Below the pieces are notes generated by a model. The model made no database searches. It was not told the origin of the DNA and saw only the letters and a list, made by a program, of their open reading frames with translations. From assembly GCA_964247055.1 (NCBI GenBank), contig OZ176054.1:9424001-9488000 (forward strand): a DNA stretch of 64,000 bases, written 5' to 3'. The position numbers and the translations under genes were made by a program. Source of the DNA: Paragordius varius (taxonomy: Eukaryota; Animalia; Nematomorpha). Shown piece after piece: positions 25,804 through 41,008 of this stretch; the stretch's first letter is position 1; every line of letters begins with the position of its first letter.

Positions 25804-28800
25804 GATTGGCTAAAGGGCGTATAATATATATATTTTTGTATAATATTTTATAATTATCCATTAATAGTATCTTGTCATTTATATTATATGATATCATAAA
25901 CAAACTTTTATAAATATTTAAAAAATAAATAAACCATTCCATGTTAGTAAATACGAATGGGATATTTAATTACCATAAAATTTTGAAAAAACACAGAGTA
26001 TTGGCATAATTGAAAAAAATTTATTACACATAAAGGGTCCAAAAAACTATTTTAAGATAATTATTAATCTATATTTTAGGGCATGCTTTGCCAAGATAAA
26101 TGATCTACCAATACATGTAAACATATATATCTTCTATTATTAAGTGTAAAATCATAAAAGCTTCATTATTCAGCCAGAGACAGAGGAGATAAAAAAAAAT
26201 AGCCAGGATACATATTCATAGGCATTAAGTACGATTTAGATGCCTAATTAATCGCAATAGTAAAGGAAATGAACCATAGAAGTTAACACCTCATAAGGTT
26301 ATCTAACATTGAAATCGGTTTTTGCTTTAGCTTCTTATATCATAACAGCAGTTTAAAACGGATATAATGATAAGCAGTTTCACCTATTTGAAATTATATT
26401 GGAGAGAATTTCATTTTTTTTTACTTATTTTATGGATTAATTAATTTAACTATTTAGTTTGAATTTTAATTCCATAATAATCATAATTATTGTGAAAATA
26501 AAAAAAGGTTATTAAAACCTCAACCCTTGTTTGGTATTACTGAATTATCTCTAGTAAACATTGCAAATACAAAAGCTTCATAAAATATTTAAAACAATTA
26601 TTATAAAGAATATTTTTAAAAAAATTTAATAAAAAATTGACCGAGTTAGTATTTATTTTTTATGAACACATCTTTGTCCGGCGCTAAGATCTCATTGGAT
26701 AGGGTGTCGTCATCTAATTGTTCGTGTTTATGAAAGCAGAATATCAATATTTCTCTCTAAGAATAATTAATACGGACTCTCTTTTGGGACGCTGAAGATT
26801 GGCGGAGCGGTAACCTAGAATCGATTCATTTTTTTACCTGGCGTAAATAGTGATTTCAAATGTTCTTTTAAGTGTATACAACACGTTCGACCACATTTTT
26901 TCGTGGATGATAGGGGGCCTTAATCTCAATAATATAGTCATATCCAATTTAAAACTTAATAAATGCCGCTAAATGTTTTTTTATGTTTTCCGGCCGCTTA
27001 TTAACCTTCACAATCAAACCAACTGTAGTTGTAATTCGAGTAAAAACTATTTATTATGCTAATTATGCACTGTCTCGCGGCGCTGTGACTTAGTCAACAC
27101 TATCATTAATTAATTGATAATAAATTTTTTCCAATTAAGACAATAAAAAGCTGTTTGTAAATAATCTAACACTATTTTATTTCATGCGTCCATAAGGGGT
27201 TGTACACAGCAAGCTAATTAAAATCAGTGACTTATTTTGCTTTTTTAAGGATACATAAAAATAAATTGAATCCATCTGCCTCATATATATCGAAAGCTGT
27301 TTCACAGCAAGTATTTTAAATTTTGTTTGCAAAAGATGGAGCCCACACCATCTACTTAAAAAAAAGCGCTAAACTAGAATTTTTGTCTTATGGGAATAAA
27401 GACATTATTATCAAATTATCATTTAAAAACAAACTTTGCTATAAAACAGATTAATTGACAATGACAATAGCACGGGGTACGTCCTTCATACAATTGGTGA
27501 ACCAAATGTCGGAGTACCGATTATAAGTACTAGGAAAAAACCTTTTAAAACTTTTTCTACTGAAATTTTTATGTTTGAAAATATTTGTTTATACATATAA
27601 TTATTATCCTGTTTTTTATTGTAAGTTATTTGGATCAGAGGTTTGTTATTGATAGTTGTTAATATGAGATATTTGTTTTAGTTACATAAAACGTTAACGA
27701 CAAAAAACAATAATAATTTTATCGAGCAGACGATAACCCAAATATAAAAATATATGGATGATATTATTAAATAAAAAAATTTAGTATGAAAAGAGACTTA
27801 TCTTTGGTTTTCCTGTGGCATAGGTACTGTTCTCCTAAACAATTAACTGAACTTTTACGGGACACTCAACTTTCATAATAAAAGATTCCTTTCCGAGTTA
27901 CCCTAAAACTTCATCAGGGTAATAAGCCTTTTAGATTGCACTCTTTACAAATGGCGGAGAGTCATCCATATTTCTATAGTATAAATATAATAAAATGTAG
28001 CTTGGTATGTTCTTCTCATATTAAAAAGGCAGACGATCTTGACCGAAATGCAAAAAGTCCAGCGGTGAATTAATTTTTAAATTTTAATCACATGATAAAC
28101 ATATGTTTTAAAATTCTTAATTAATTTACAAAGTCGTAGCCACTTTCGTCAATATTATAACCGGTCCTACCTGAGCTTAGGTAAATAAAACTATAATGAC
28201 TCCTTAGCCCCAAAACTCAAAGCACAATAAATTCGCGATACAATCTGAATGCATACGTTATGTCGGTTTCTGAATTTAGGATAAAATCTGAGCGACCTTC
28301 TGACCATTCACATTAATGAATTTCAATAATTTTTAATTTACCACAAGCACCGTGTTATTTTAAAAATGATAAAATTATCATTTCAGATTTTTAGATGTCA
28401 CTTGATAAGTATTGATAAAATTATATATAATCAATTAGCTTGCAAAAAAAGAATAAGTACCGAGGAAGAATGACTTATTATGTCAATTTTTACTGATTTA
28501 TTTTATCAGTTGTAAATAAGAGCTAACAAATGCTCAAATTACTTTATAATAATCATAATACAAAGTCAAATCCCACATAATATCCATATATTGTAATGTT
28601 AATGATATGCCTATTAAATATTCAGAGTCATAACTGTAACCTATACATGCAACTACTATTAATTATAATTAACGTCAATATTATCATGCGCCATTATAAA
28701 ACAAAAACACTAATTATGAAACTTTTTTACTATCGATTTATCAATACATTAGCAATGTTTTTTTGTTAATTTCATAGGATTACAAATAAGATATATGTTT

Positions 28801-31117
28801 GTTTGGTTTCACCAAAAAATTATAAAAAGATACATTGATAAATGGTTAAAGCGATTATATTATTTTACTATCATAACTTTACAGAAGACTCATCAAAATC
28901 TCTAATATAATCGCACATATTTACATTAATTCTCCATAATTTATTAATCAATCAAAATCAATTTTACATTATCAAAAAAAAATATTTTTAGACTAACTAT
29001 CACTCACAAGATATTTTTTTATTATCATATGTATATAACTTACTTAAAATAGAGTTGTATAAAGTCAAACATTGTCTTGTTCGCATCGAAAAAGTATCGT
29101 GGTTATATTATAGTTAAAATTAGTGTTAAATTTTATTTTGTTAAAATGTGTGTTACATTCTTTAACCAAATAATATTTGTATATGAGATTATGTAGATTA
29201 AGTAATCCTGCTAAGAAGTGTAATTGTTTTTAAAAAATTACAAATTAATCCGTAAAAACAATATCCAAAAATATCTGGGACCATTAAAATTTAATAATGA
29301 CTATTTTGTAGTAAAATATATGTTAATTATTAATTAAATATTTTTAGTTTCTATATTCACGCATCTGTAAAATTGTCGTATTTATGAAAAAGCAAAATTT
29401 AAACATCGATTTCAGATGCCAACTTTAATAATTAGCCATCGGTTCATTGATAAAATTCGTGTTTTTCAAACCTAATTGGCTCTAGATTTTGAGTTGGAAA
29501 CAATATTCGTAATACCCATAAATTAGCCCGATATTAATGATTGACCTTTGGATTTAGTCCACAATCAGTAAATAACCGCAGAAATACAAGTTTAGTATCA
29601 TCAGGGGAAAAAATTAGAAGCGATTCAATTATTAGTCGAGAAGGTTAAATAAAAATCCGTAAATTTTATTAGATAAACATAATTTTTTAGGGCACAATTA
29701 ATATAGTAATGATGCTGATAAGTTCATATTTAATTCCAAACGCCAATGTAGCTAGTAAAGCAGAAAAACCCATAAACTCCTATTCTTTCTAATCAAAACT
29801 TTTTAATTTTTACTGTATAATAATAATAATATATCTATTTATGTATTAATATATTATTTTTACTAAAATCTGGTGTGCATCTCTACTTGAAAATAAGTGT
29901 GTAATGATAATAATCAATCGTAAAGAAAATTTCTTTCTCTATAATAATGAAAAATGATTGCAATTAAGTTTTTTGCACATATGAAAAGATTTGATATTTT
30001 TCTCCTAATAAATTCTGATTCTCATTTAGAATGTGTGTGATAATTATATATAATAATAAATTTAATAAAAATTTTTTAGATAGAATATATATATATATTT
30101 TTAATTAATCAATAATAATGATAAAATATATGAACATACTTAAACTTAAACTAACTAAGAAAAAAATTTTTTTGGTAACCAATATATATTATACAATAGA
30201 ATATAAAAATATTTTTTTTACTCTTTGCAATAATTATCTAGTATAAAGTAATAAATTTGGATTTTCGATACATATTTTCACATATAATTTTAAAATAAAT
30301 CAATCACTAATCAATATCTCAAGTTTTTCCCATAAAGCTACCATGTTTTTAATATATAGCTCTTTTCTAACTGTCAACATAATTTATTTTCTTCATTTAC
30401 TATATTCGGATAACTTAATCTAGTATACACACACGACCTTTATTTAATTTCACATTTAAAACATAGTTCGTGTCGTAGATCTTCTGTTAAATTTTTATGT
30501 TCCTATATCAAATTTGAATAAATTATTTGAAAACAACTTATTTGAAGGATTTTGATTTTCTTTCTTTTTTTTCTCATTCCTCAGTTAGTTAGCACCTAAT
30601 AATGAGAGTAATAATTAATGATATGATATGTTATAATTTTATTAATAAATTCCAAACCAATCCAATATATATAAATAAATAAATCATGATAAAGTGAAAA
30701 TTGACACCTAAAATCGAAACATTCCCGCACACAAATATATATATATATATATATATATACATAATATATTAATCAAATTCCAAATCCTATTTTAGTCAAA
30801 TCTAAACCTATCCTTATCAATTTTTTACATACAATTAAATGCAGTTTAAAAATTAATATACTCATTATTCGAAATAGTCATAACTGAATGTCATCCTTAA
30901 ATTTGACTATTTAATTTACACCAGTCAGGCCTGAAAAATATTGTGTGGTGTGAAATATGGTGCTAACACTACCATTTTAATTGCCTCGAAACTTAATCCT
31001 TTCTTAATTACGGCTTATCTATCTTAGACTCTTATCCAAAGCAATCACTGCAATACAATTTTTAATTATAAAGGTATACAATAGCTAAAAACGTTCGTTT
31101 TATTTCTACTTCATAAA

Positions 31118-33242
31118 ATGCTTTTTTGGTTGTTGTGCAAAAATCCCATAAATTTTATCCTAATTATCCTCTCTAGTATGACAGTCTTGCACAAAAAATG
31201 TGAAAGTAAAACCACCACAATGTCGATTCCTACCTTAGTAAAGATGAAATATATTGCAAACTTAATGGGCTTAAATCCAGCAATCATATTTTTTTATAAT
31301 ATTCCAGAATCTATATCACATTTTACGAACGATCCCGGGAAGTATTTTAATAACCATGGTTTTAAGAAATTCAATAATATTTCACCCACAAATATGCATT
31401 TAAACAACGAAAAGCTTAATATCCATCGAATATTTAGAGATATTAAAAAGTTTAACCCAAACTTGTTACAAAAAAATCAGGTATTAAAATTGAATAATGT
31501 CGTAAATATTACCGAAACTACTATACTTCTACCTAACGGAGAAAACGCAGATAATAATAAGAATAAGAATAAAAACAATAATAAAGGGCTTGTTTTACAA
31601 GGTATAGATCCATTCCAAAATTTGAATGAGAATGGGAGTGATCCCTTTATAACAAACATATTACCCCAAGAGCCCCTATTCCATATAAATTTAACTAACA
31701 TTTCAGATATAACAATTTCAACTCCCACCACGACTAACATACCGAATATTACTACTGCGATATTTTTATCTTCCATTGCTGATTTTCATCCCAAAAATTT
31801 GTCTAACATCAATCGAGCGGCATTTGTAAACAAAACCCAAAAGAGTAGAGTTTATCCATCCACGAGCATATTAAGTACTCCACCATATCAGACAACTCCC
31901 GCTATCGATCTACCAACAACATTATCCACAAACGATCTCAAACCCGAAGAACAAGAAAGCGAACAACGGCAACGGAGTATCGTACTGTTGAAAAGTCAAA
32001 TAACTTTTACACCCATATATCTCATTCTCCTGATCCTGGGTATTTTTGGCAATGCCCTTGTGATATATGTTGTGTGTTTTGATCGAAGTATGCGAAGTTT
32101 TACCAACATTTATTTGGTTAACTTAAGTTTGGCAGACTTGCTCATTATGCTAACATGTATGCCGACAGCTTTAGCTGATCTCTACTCTCAGGAGATTTGG
32201 CTATTTGGCAAAAATATGTGTAAGTTCATTCTATATTCCTTTTTCTATCTTTTTGATTACTAAGTGGCGTGGCAAACATATGGATAATAATAGATGATGC
32301 TGAACTATTTAGCATCAAAAAACTAATTAACTGTTTTCTGTGTTTGCGTATATGTGCTAGGGTTTTTCAAAAGACTTTTTATAATTTTATTGTTGTGTTT
32401 CTTTTGTAATTTAAATATTTTAGGAAGCAAAATTGTAATAGCTAGAGTCAAGTTGACTAAACCCATGATGATAATTAATATATGTGCAAAAAAAGTTTTG
32501 CTTGGCAAAAGTCAGAAAAATTTGTATGCTAAAGACAAACCCCGCATTTTTTATTCAAAAGAAAAATTTCATTGATGTCATTTTATGAATAAATTAATGG
32601 GATATTTTTGCAACACAACTACAAGTTTTTCGATTAAATTTTTGTAAGTAAAGGAACCTGGTTAACATAAAAAGGTAACAATTAAGTTAATTTTTTTATA
32701 ACATTATATAACTTAACGATATGAATAAATTTACTAAATGTTAAACTTAAATTCCAATTTTGTTAAAAACATGTTTGCACATACTTATTACAGTGATCAA
32801 GATCCTAATTATCGGGCTACTTTATTTGGGGAACACAGATAAAATATATTATATTTAAGCAATATAACTTGTAATATTTTTCTTCTCGCAGTGGGATTCT
32901 TATGTCTTAAAAATATATTTGGGATAATATGAGTATATACTTCATAACCGTTTTCAATTCATTTGCAAAATTATTTTGAAAAATGTGATGTATATTTTCT
33001 CTTCTCAAACTTTTGTCTCCATGTATTTTTTTGGATTCTTTGCAATAAAAGATAAAAACCCAAAATTAACGAGCGATTTTTATATGCATGGGAGCATAAT
33101 AATTTTGGACCACAAAAGTTGGAAAATTATTAGAAAAAGCTTTTTGATAACAGTTAGTATAACGTTTTGCAATTTATTTTAAGTAAAGTTTTTATTATAT
33201 TTTTATTACGATATTAAGACTGTATTAGATATAGATTCATAT

Positions 33243-33281
<39 letters not shown>

Positions 33282-36200
33282 ATATAAGGAAGTTAATTTA
33301 CATTTACTATAAAAAATTTCTGAGTTAAATACATATTTCGATAAACGAATCATGATTATTAAGGACTTTTTGCTAACTTTTGTGGTTGTCCCATACAGAA
33401 AGGTCATATAATTAACGTATGCAATTATTTTTTGGTAAAAGTCAAAAGCTTAAATCCAAATGTTGATATAAATTTATAATAAACTATGTAAGCAAAACAA
33501 AAACTATAAATATAATATATAATATAATTATTTAGAATGCGCTAAAATAGAGTATTGTTCATATAAACAAAGATGATTAGCTGGAATTTTTAATGTATGC
33601 CAAATTATGCTAAATTTTGCAGATACTAATATTAAGCCATTTTGAAGCATAGAAACGGTATAATAACATTTTAGGATATTTGTTTTACGGCATAATTCAA
33701 TGCTTCTGAAATCTATATTCACAAAATATGATTAATCGATTCGTTCGTCCAATTTACGTAATTTTAAGGCAAATCTTTTAAAAATGTGAAGTAATAAAAA
33801 TGATCATCATTTTATGAGGAAAAAGTTTTTTTATAGATATTATAATTATAATATCTTTAAGTTTTAATTATACTATTACCACGTTTTAAAATAGTATAAA
33901 TGCCAAAATATAAATTTTAAAGCAAAATATGCTTGAAAATATTTATTTGATGTTATAAATAAAAAAATATGGCACATCCGCTCTATTGTGTTTAACGGAT
34001 TTTACAAGAGTAGTTTGAAAATATGAGACTTTTGGAGCTCATATGTAATTATTATGTTATAATTGTTTGGCTTTTTGTATCTAGTCTATGATATATTTTA
34101 ATATTTTTTAGTATAAATCATCCTTCCACTAAAATATTTAGTACATATACGCTAATTTTGCGATCATATATGTGGTGCAAATCACAAAAACAGTCTATAT
34201 ATATTTTAAACACTGGGCCAAACCAAAAAAAAAGTGTTCCAGATACATTTTTCTTTCACAGTTATGTTTTATCAGTGTAAAATTTATCACAACCGTTTTG
34301 GGGTGTTGAAAATCATAAATCATTTAAATTTGTAGAGAGAACGTTATTCGCTTATTAGTCAATATCAAATACACATTTTTGCCACAACTTAAAAACACAA
34401 GTAGATTTTATTTATTACTGTATTTATTACCATTAGATGTGTTTGACTTATAAGTCTAAAAGATGATATGCGCTCGCTATGATACTTCTGCAAACGCCTA
34501 ATTAGTATTGAAATTTTGCCACAGAATGGTAATTAGGATCAGACTTATAACTAGGGTGGGATTTGGACCGGTCCAAGGATATCCGGTCACGCTTCTGAGT
34601 ACAGTCTTATTTAGTAATAAGAACTTTTTATAATATTAAAAACTCAATTTTCTAAATATACAACTTTAACAATTGATAAAAGTTTAGGTGTTCTTATAAT
34701 TAAAACTTAAAATATCATTTACTGATTGTATATCAGGTGATGAACATATGGTCAAATGTTTTTGTTATTTTTATAAGCGTGAACAATCACGGTTTCGACG
34801 TATTAATACGATCAAATTTATTCTTTCATCTTATAAGTTTAACTTATTAGATTTATTTTGGCCATAGTAATAATAATTATATATAATAATAGAGAATATT
34901 ATAGTTTATCATCTAAATTTAATAAAATAGCAAAGGGCGGCTATGGATACGACCTGCATAATAATAAAGTTTAAATAATCGATTCACAGATAATTATAAT
35001 AATCAATTTTAGGGATTTGTGATCTGAAATGTTAGTTATTGATATTTAGCCATTATTCTAAAAAAAACTTTTACATTTTCATTTATTTGAACTACTGTTT
35101 TTTCCTGAATGGAACCGTCCAAAATATTTTTTTTCTCATAACACAAAATTGACCTATTTTTTATGTTTCTTTTTATTCTAAACTAATAAATACCACACAA
35201 AAAATTGTTGCGCCAATATTTTTTATTTTTGGCTAGTTATTTAAAATTCAAAATAATTAGGCTTTCCATATCTTTTGGCGTAAAATCAACGGAACCGTAA
35301 CTCAACCATTATTTTCGCAAATTTTTTGGACCATTAATCGGAATAAAAATAGAAAAAAATAAAAATGATATGGAACCAAAAAGGATTTCAGTTATTCTTT
35401 ACATATTTCGAAAAGGAGCCAGTCTTAATAGTCATATTGCTTATATATTATTAATGGGTAAATTTATAATGCTACTTGCAAATGATGCGCTTTTGATGAA
35501 TGACTTAAATTTAATAAAATATAATGGCCTCGAAATATTCCCTTTCTTTATATCTAACAACGAACCCCTATGTATGCATTGAATAGTTTTGCTCATTCAA
35601 ATATCTCATAAATATCTAAGGGAACATTACATTTAGGTTGCTGTCTGCTTAGTGGTGGTTTTTTAATCTCTTTATATGACATATGAATAATTCCTTTTAA
35701 TCAAACCTAAAATTAAAACATACACATCCTTCATCCAAAATCAAAAGAGATTGAGATAGAAGATCAACAATGTCCAATTATTTTATTGCAAACATTTTTC
35801 ATTTAGTAAATCTTTGGAATCAAATAAATCGTAAAAATAATTTGTCACTTTTAGTTTTTGCTTTAACATTTTTTGATGGTTTGTTTTATGTTTATAAAAG
35901 TATATAATAAATTATATCCTTATATCCTTATTTCCTTTTATCCTTATCAGTCATTTTATATGTTAGTGGTGTGTTGTAAAACCAAATGAATATTAGGAGG
36001 TATAGATATTCACAGTTTAGTATTAGATAGAGATATAAATTAGGTAAATAGAGAGGACATATTAAATCACACGAGGAAGGATGTGTATGTATACGATATA
36101 ATTATAATGGCATCGAAACTAATCTGTCATCTCGTTAATTTCGGATATTATTGTGCCAGTGTAGAACGTTTAGATAAACTTGATTTGCAATGTAGTTTTG

Positions 36201-39006
36201 ACAATTTATAATTTCCATATAAAATTCATAACACGATCTCCCTATCTCTCTAAAATATATTAAACCATCTTTTACACTGAAAAATTAGTAATAGGATAAT
36301 GTGATGTTGACTAACTGTTTGATTTATGGTATCATTTATATTATCGTCGCACATATACAGGATTCAAACGAACTAATTATTATTATTACAGAATTAATTA
36401 AAATATAATTTTTCATGGTTGTTTTAGATTAAAATATACAAATTTACAGTAAAAATTGATACGGACAAAACGCGTAAAAATGTAGAGGCAAATATTTTTT
36501 TTCTAAAATACATCCATACTTTTTAAAACCTATTTAATATAACTTATTGGTTTAAACTCCAAAGTTCAGAATAGAGATGTATATTGGTAACACAATCAAT
36601 TACATATTTCACGATTGTTAATAAATGATTTTAATAGGAAAGATTAAGGTTTGAAAAAGTATGATTGTCTTTTGAAAAAAAAAATGTCTTTATATTTTTA
36701 CTGTAAATAACAATTCATTTTTAGGTAAAGCTGTTCCATTTCTCCAATCGACTGTAACTCGAACATCAGTGTTAACTATATTAGCCATAAGTTTTGAACG
36801 CTTCCTAGCCATATGTTATCCACTCAAAATGCAAGGCTACATATCAGGGGCAAGCCTTGGGCGTTCAACGCGAAACATTCTAATTATATGGAGTGTTTCC
36901 TTACTCACTAATACCCCTTACATAAATATAACGAAATTTGTTTTAGCGCCCCATCAAAATGGTCAAATGGTACCAGTGTGCGTTACTTCCATCCACAAAC
37001 AATGGGAACAAATATTTTTCTTAGTATCTGTAACTATTTTTTACCTTATACCCCTAATTATATTGCTCTGTCTCTACTATAAGATTGTAAAGGTACTGGC
37101 CAAGAGTCAGGACATTGATTCTACAGTTGAACGTATGAAACGAAAGGACACCAAGCGCTTACTAGCCAGGCAAAAAAGATTTGAGGCACAAAATTTACAA
37201 GTGTGCCACACGGGAAAAAGTAGGGATCAGGATGAAAAAAATGTGTATCATAAATTACAATTAATGTGTAAAAACAGGAAATCTGCCAACACAAACTTAT
37301 CTAAAGTCCAAAAAAGTTTTACAATAAATAATAAGAACAATGACAAAAACGTTAATGTAATAAATTACGACACAACAAAGGCTTTAAAAAGCACAAACTT
37401 ATGTTATAAAAAACCGCCAATTACTTCGTTAGTTAATAGTGATATGTTAAAGGCTTGTATGACCACCACAAACCACAATCAATCTATTAATGTGAATGAG
37501 AGAAAAAAGAAATTAAAAAAATGCAATTTCACAAATTCCATTGTAAATGTCAACAGTGGAAGCACTGATAAAGATGATGTTCAAGACCTTGATTTTTCCC
37601 ATGATGGTAATGGTATTGATAATTATTTAAACAAGCCTACAAACCACCATACAGTTAGCACACATATTAACGCAAAAAACAATACAATAATAAATTCCAT
37701 TATTGATAATGGCCAACAACACTATCAGCCAAATGACAAATTTTATTCTTGTCCTTCTTCTCATTCTTCAACTCAAAGGCCAAAAAATCAAGATAATAAA
37801 TTATTATCAAATTGTGATTCCAAGAAAGACACAACTAAAACAAATAAATTTTATCAAAATATTACAATGATGATGGTTCCCATTACATCTTCTCCCATGT
37901 CAAAAATGTCATCACAAGAAAAGACTGTTTATCAAGCGTCCTCCCTCTATAAATCAATAATGAAAAATGGTAATAAAAATTCAACTATTGCCAATATGTC
38001 AACAGAGTGTCAGCATCAAAATCCTATCGAAAACAATAGCAATGAAGAAGATCATTTTAACACAAATAATCATACGAATGATGAAATTGAATTTAGAAAA
38101 AACGATTTAGATAAAGAAAATAGCCAGCAAGTTGATAATACAATAGTAATAAATTCCCTTTTAGATAAATCGTCAGTTGCACAATCCAATTTTATCAATG
38201 TGACACGCGATCGTGATGCCGAAAAATGCCATAAAGACAAATGTCAATCCAAAGTTATACTTCAATTTAATGATAATAGTAATTCTAATAAAAAGTCATC
38301 AAAATTAAAAAACAAGTCTCAAACATTAAACGGTAACCACAACAATACTGACGATGATTTTAATAAAACAATTATAATTTCCAACAAGGACACAAAAAGA
38401 AATTTCACATTATCCAAAATTGATGGAACCGATAAAGTAATTCTCCCAGCCCACGAGAGTAACAAAATTAAACGATCCAAATATATTAAACATTCATTAA
38501 CACAACCAATCCGGCCCAATAGCATACGAAATCAACAGAATCAACACATCCAGCATTATTCATGCGATACACCTTCTTTTGGGAATAAAAAAGAAATTTC
38601 ATCATCTCAAAGCAGGAGTTTTAAGCGAAAACAATTTACCCTTAATCGTTCCATTACTTTAGGACAAAGTACAAGTGTTAGTGGGTCCAAACCCAAAACA
38701 ACAATTACAGCCATTAATCAGGGCCGTAAACAATTGATTGTAATGTTAATTTCGGTGGTCGGTATGTTTTTTATTTGCCTACTTCCATTCCATTGTCTCA
38801 GTATTTGGTTAATGTTCGTCCCTCATACACGTGTGATGGCTTTGGGTGTCGAAAAATATACCGTTATTTTATGTTTTACACGAGTTATGTATTACCTAAA
38901 TTCAGCCATCAATCCAATCTTGTACAATGTTATATCAACCAAATTTCGGAAATCGTTTGCCCGCGCACTTAACACATGTTTTTGTCTTCGTTCATCTTCC
39001 CAATGA
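31118..39006 (+). CDS. Class A neuropeptide GPCR, ecdysis-triggering-hormone-receptor-like (TRH/GHS receptor-related), 2 exons, ~1127 aa
   Basis: Exons 31118-32219 and 36725-39006, phase-1 GT-AG intron splitting MC|KAVPF. Motifs GIFGNALV, NLSLADLL, CKAVPF...SVLTILAISFERFLAICYPL, RKQLIVML...FFICLLPF...LWL...LG.E.Y...F.RVMYYLNSAINPILYNVISTKFR closely resemble recalled arthropod ETHR sequences. Confidence 0.85.
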
Positions 39007-40804
39007 TTTATATCAGTGGTACTCACCCAAAAACATATATGACCGCAAAATATATTTCTCTGTGTCAAGGGCCGTCCTCCATATAATATCGATAAAGTTT
39101 TATAAAATGTTTAACAAATTCGCAGATATTAATACTTCAATGTACATAAAAATATTTAGTAAAGGGCCATAAAAAGCACTTTTAGGGTCCCAAGGGGCCC
39201 CCGAGCCTCGTTAGTGTATCACTGATTTAATTTATCATAAACACCCTGTAAAATTTAGAGTTTTTATTATCTCTAAAAGAGTTAAATTATCATATAATAA
39301 TAAACCAAAGATTAGATTATTATATCTCTTTTGAGAAGTTTTAACACGTGCCAAAATATGTTTTCATACTTATAAATGACAATGCAATTTGTGAATATAC
39401 CAGTGCACATAAATAAATTTAAATTATTTGATTAAAAAAATTTTTATTATATAAAAAATTATTTAATAAATTATATGAAGCTTTAATTGGCCAAAATTGC
39501 ATTATTTATTAATGAAAGGGAATATAATAATAAAATAGCGTAAACCTAACATATGATAAAAAATATTGTAAGGGAGTAATTTAAATTTTTGGTAAGCCAA
39601 TGTTGTCATTTTTCGAAAATCACTCAAGTCTAAGATAAAATAATTTTAAATGTAACGAAATTCTTGTATTGGTAATTATGTGAAGCAATTCGATTTTTTG
39701 TTGAAAATCAGGCTTGCTTGAAAATATTGATACAACTTTTTTGTAATTTAAGCATCTTCGTTTTTTTATAAATTTTTTTGATGCGTATTTTTACTCATTT
39801 ACGTACATTTAAACCCCTATATATATTTTCAAGTCTAGTGTGCGGATAATTAAAGGTTTCTTCTCGATTATAGTTCAAACTATTTGTACTTTGTTGAGGC
39901 AAAAATATATATTTTTGTATAAAATCAAATAAATCGCAATTATTCAGTTTGATATTCAATCCATAAATATTTTTTAATTATATTTAATTGTAAAAGACAA
40001 AATAGCGTAGTATAAAATTCGAAAACAGTGGACTTTAATGTCCCCAATTCTAGGATGAAAAAATGGTTCAATATCCTGACGACCCTTTTTAAAATAAATT
40101 AAAATATTTTAATTTATCTTCATAATACTCAGTTTTACTAATTATATATTATTCTACGGATATTTTTGAGAGAAGGATTAAATTATAAGCATTATAAAGT
40201 AACTTATGGAAAATAAATTTTCCTTAAATTTTAAGATAAAATTGGTTTATGTTAACATTTCGTGATTTTGCTTTTTTTTGTACGCGATGACATTTTGCGG
40301 TAGTTTTATACCCCAAAGTTTTATCTTGTAAACTACTGTTTTGAAGGTTGTTTTAGTTAATTAAATTATCAAACATTGTTTTCCTGTAAAATAAAAAGCT
40401 TATATTAAAGTTTTGTAAATTTCTGAGTTTAAAATTGGGACAGCTCCAAAACACGGAAATAAACTAAAATTTAAATAATAAATATCAATTATGATGTTAA
40501 GTGTAACCTGAAATTTAACTAAAATTAATTATTTGTTTTTCTAACCATAATTATATCGCCTATTGGATTGCGATTTAATAAAAAGGTAAAAAATGGCGAA
40601 TATTATGCATTTTTTATTTAATTTGTTTAAGCATTAGTCTTGAATATAAAGACTTTTAAATTCGGCTTCTTAATTACCTTTTGAGATATTCAAACGTTAA
40701 ATCACTCTGGGATATAACACTACCCCAAAGTCACATGAGGTGTTAAACTGGATATAAACAATATAAAAGCAAATATTTATTTACAATAGAGCAATTGTAA
40801 TATA

Positions 40805-41008
40805 TTTTATTAAAACAATCTTTGGTATAAATGCAGTATAAATCCTTTAATTTCGAGGTGTATTTTGATTTGATATATTTGGTGATATAAAGTTGAGAGT
40901 TCCTTGTTGAGGCGTTGAACTAAATCCAAATGAAGAGGGGGGTGGAGGTGGAGGGACCATCATTAACGATGATACAACAACGTTGTGTGTTGAGCCAGTA
41001 GAATGCGA
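40805..41008 (-). other. Possible additional or alternative 3' exon of the Hakai gene (Pro/Ser-rich)
   Basis: Acceptor tttactag| followed by SHSTGSTHNVVVSSLMMVPPPPPPSSFGFSSTPQQG..., the same composition as Hakai exons 4-5; no in-frame donor identified to connect it. Confidence 0.35.

Noticed and set aside
26640-26960. GC-richer island with a 23-nt GT-AG segment on the minus strand (possible hidden tiny-intron gene) and a TTACCTGG U1-like motif
   Set aside because: No spliced frame gave a recognisable protein, such GT-AG spacings occur by chance, and the U1 similarity stops after about 8 nt.
27860-27930. Minus-strand CTGATGA...GAAA resembling a hammerhead ribozyme core
   Set aside because: Stem II has extra bases before GAAA, and no complementary stem I or stem III could be formed.
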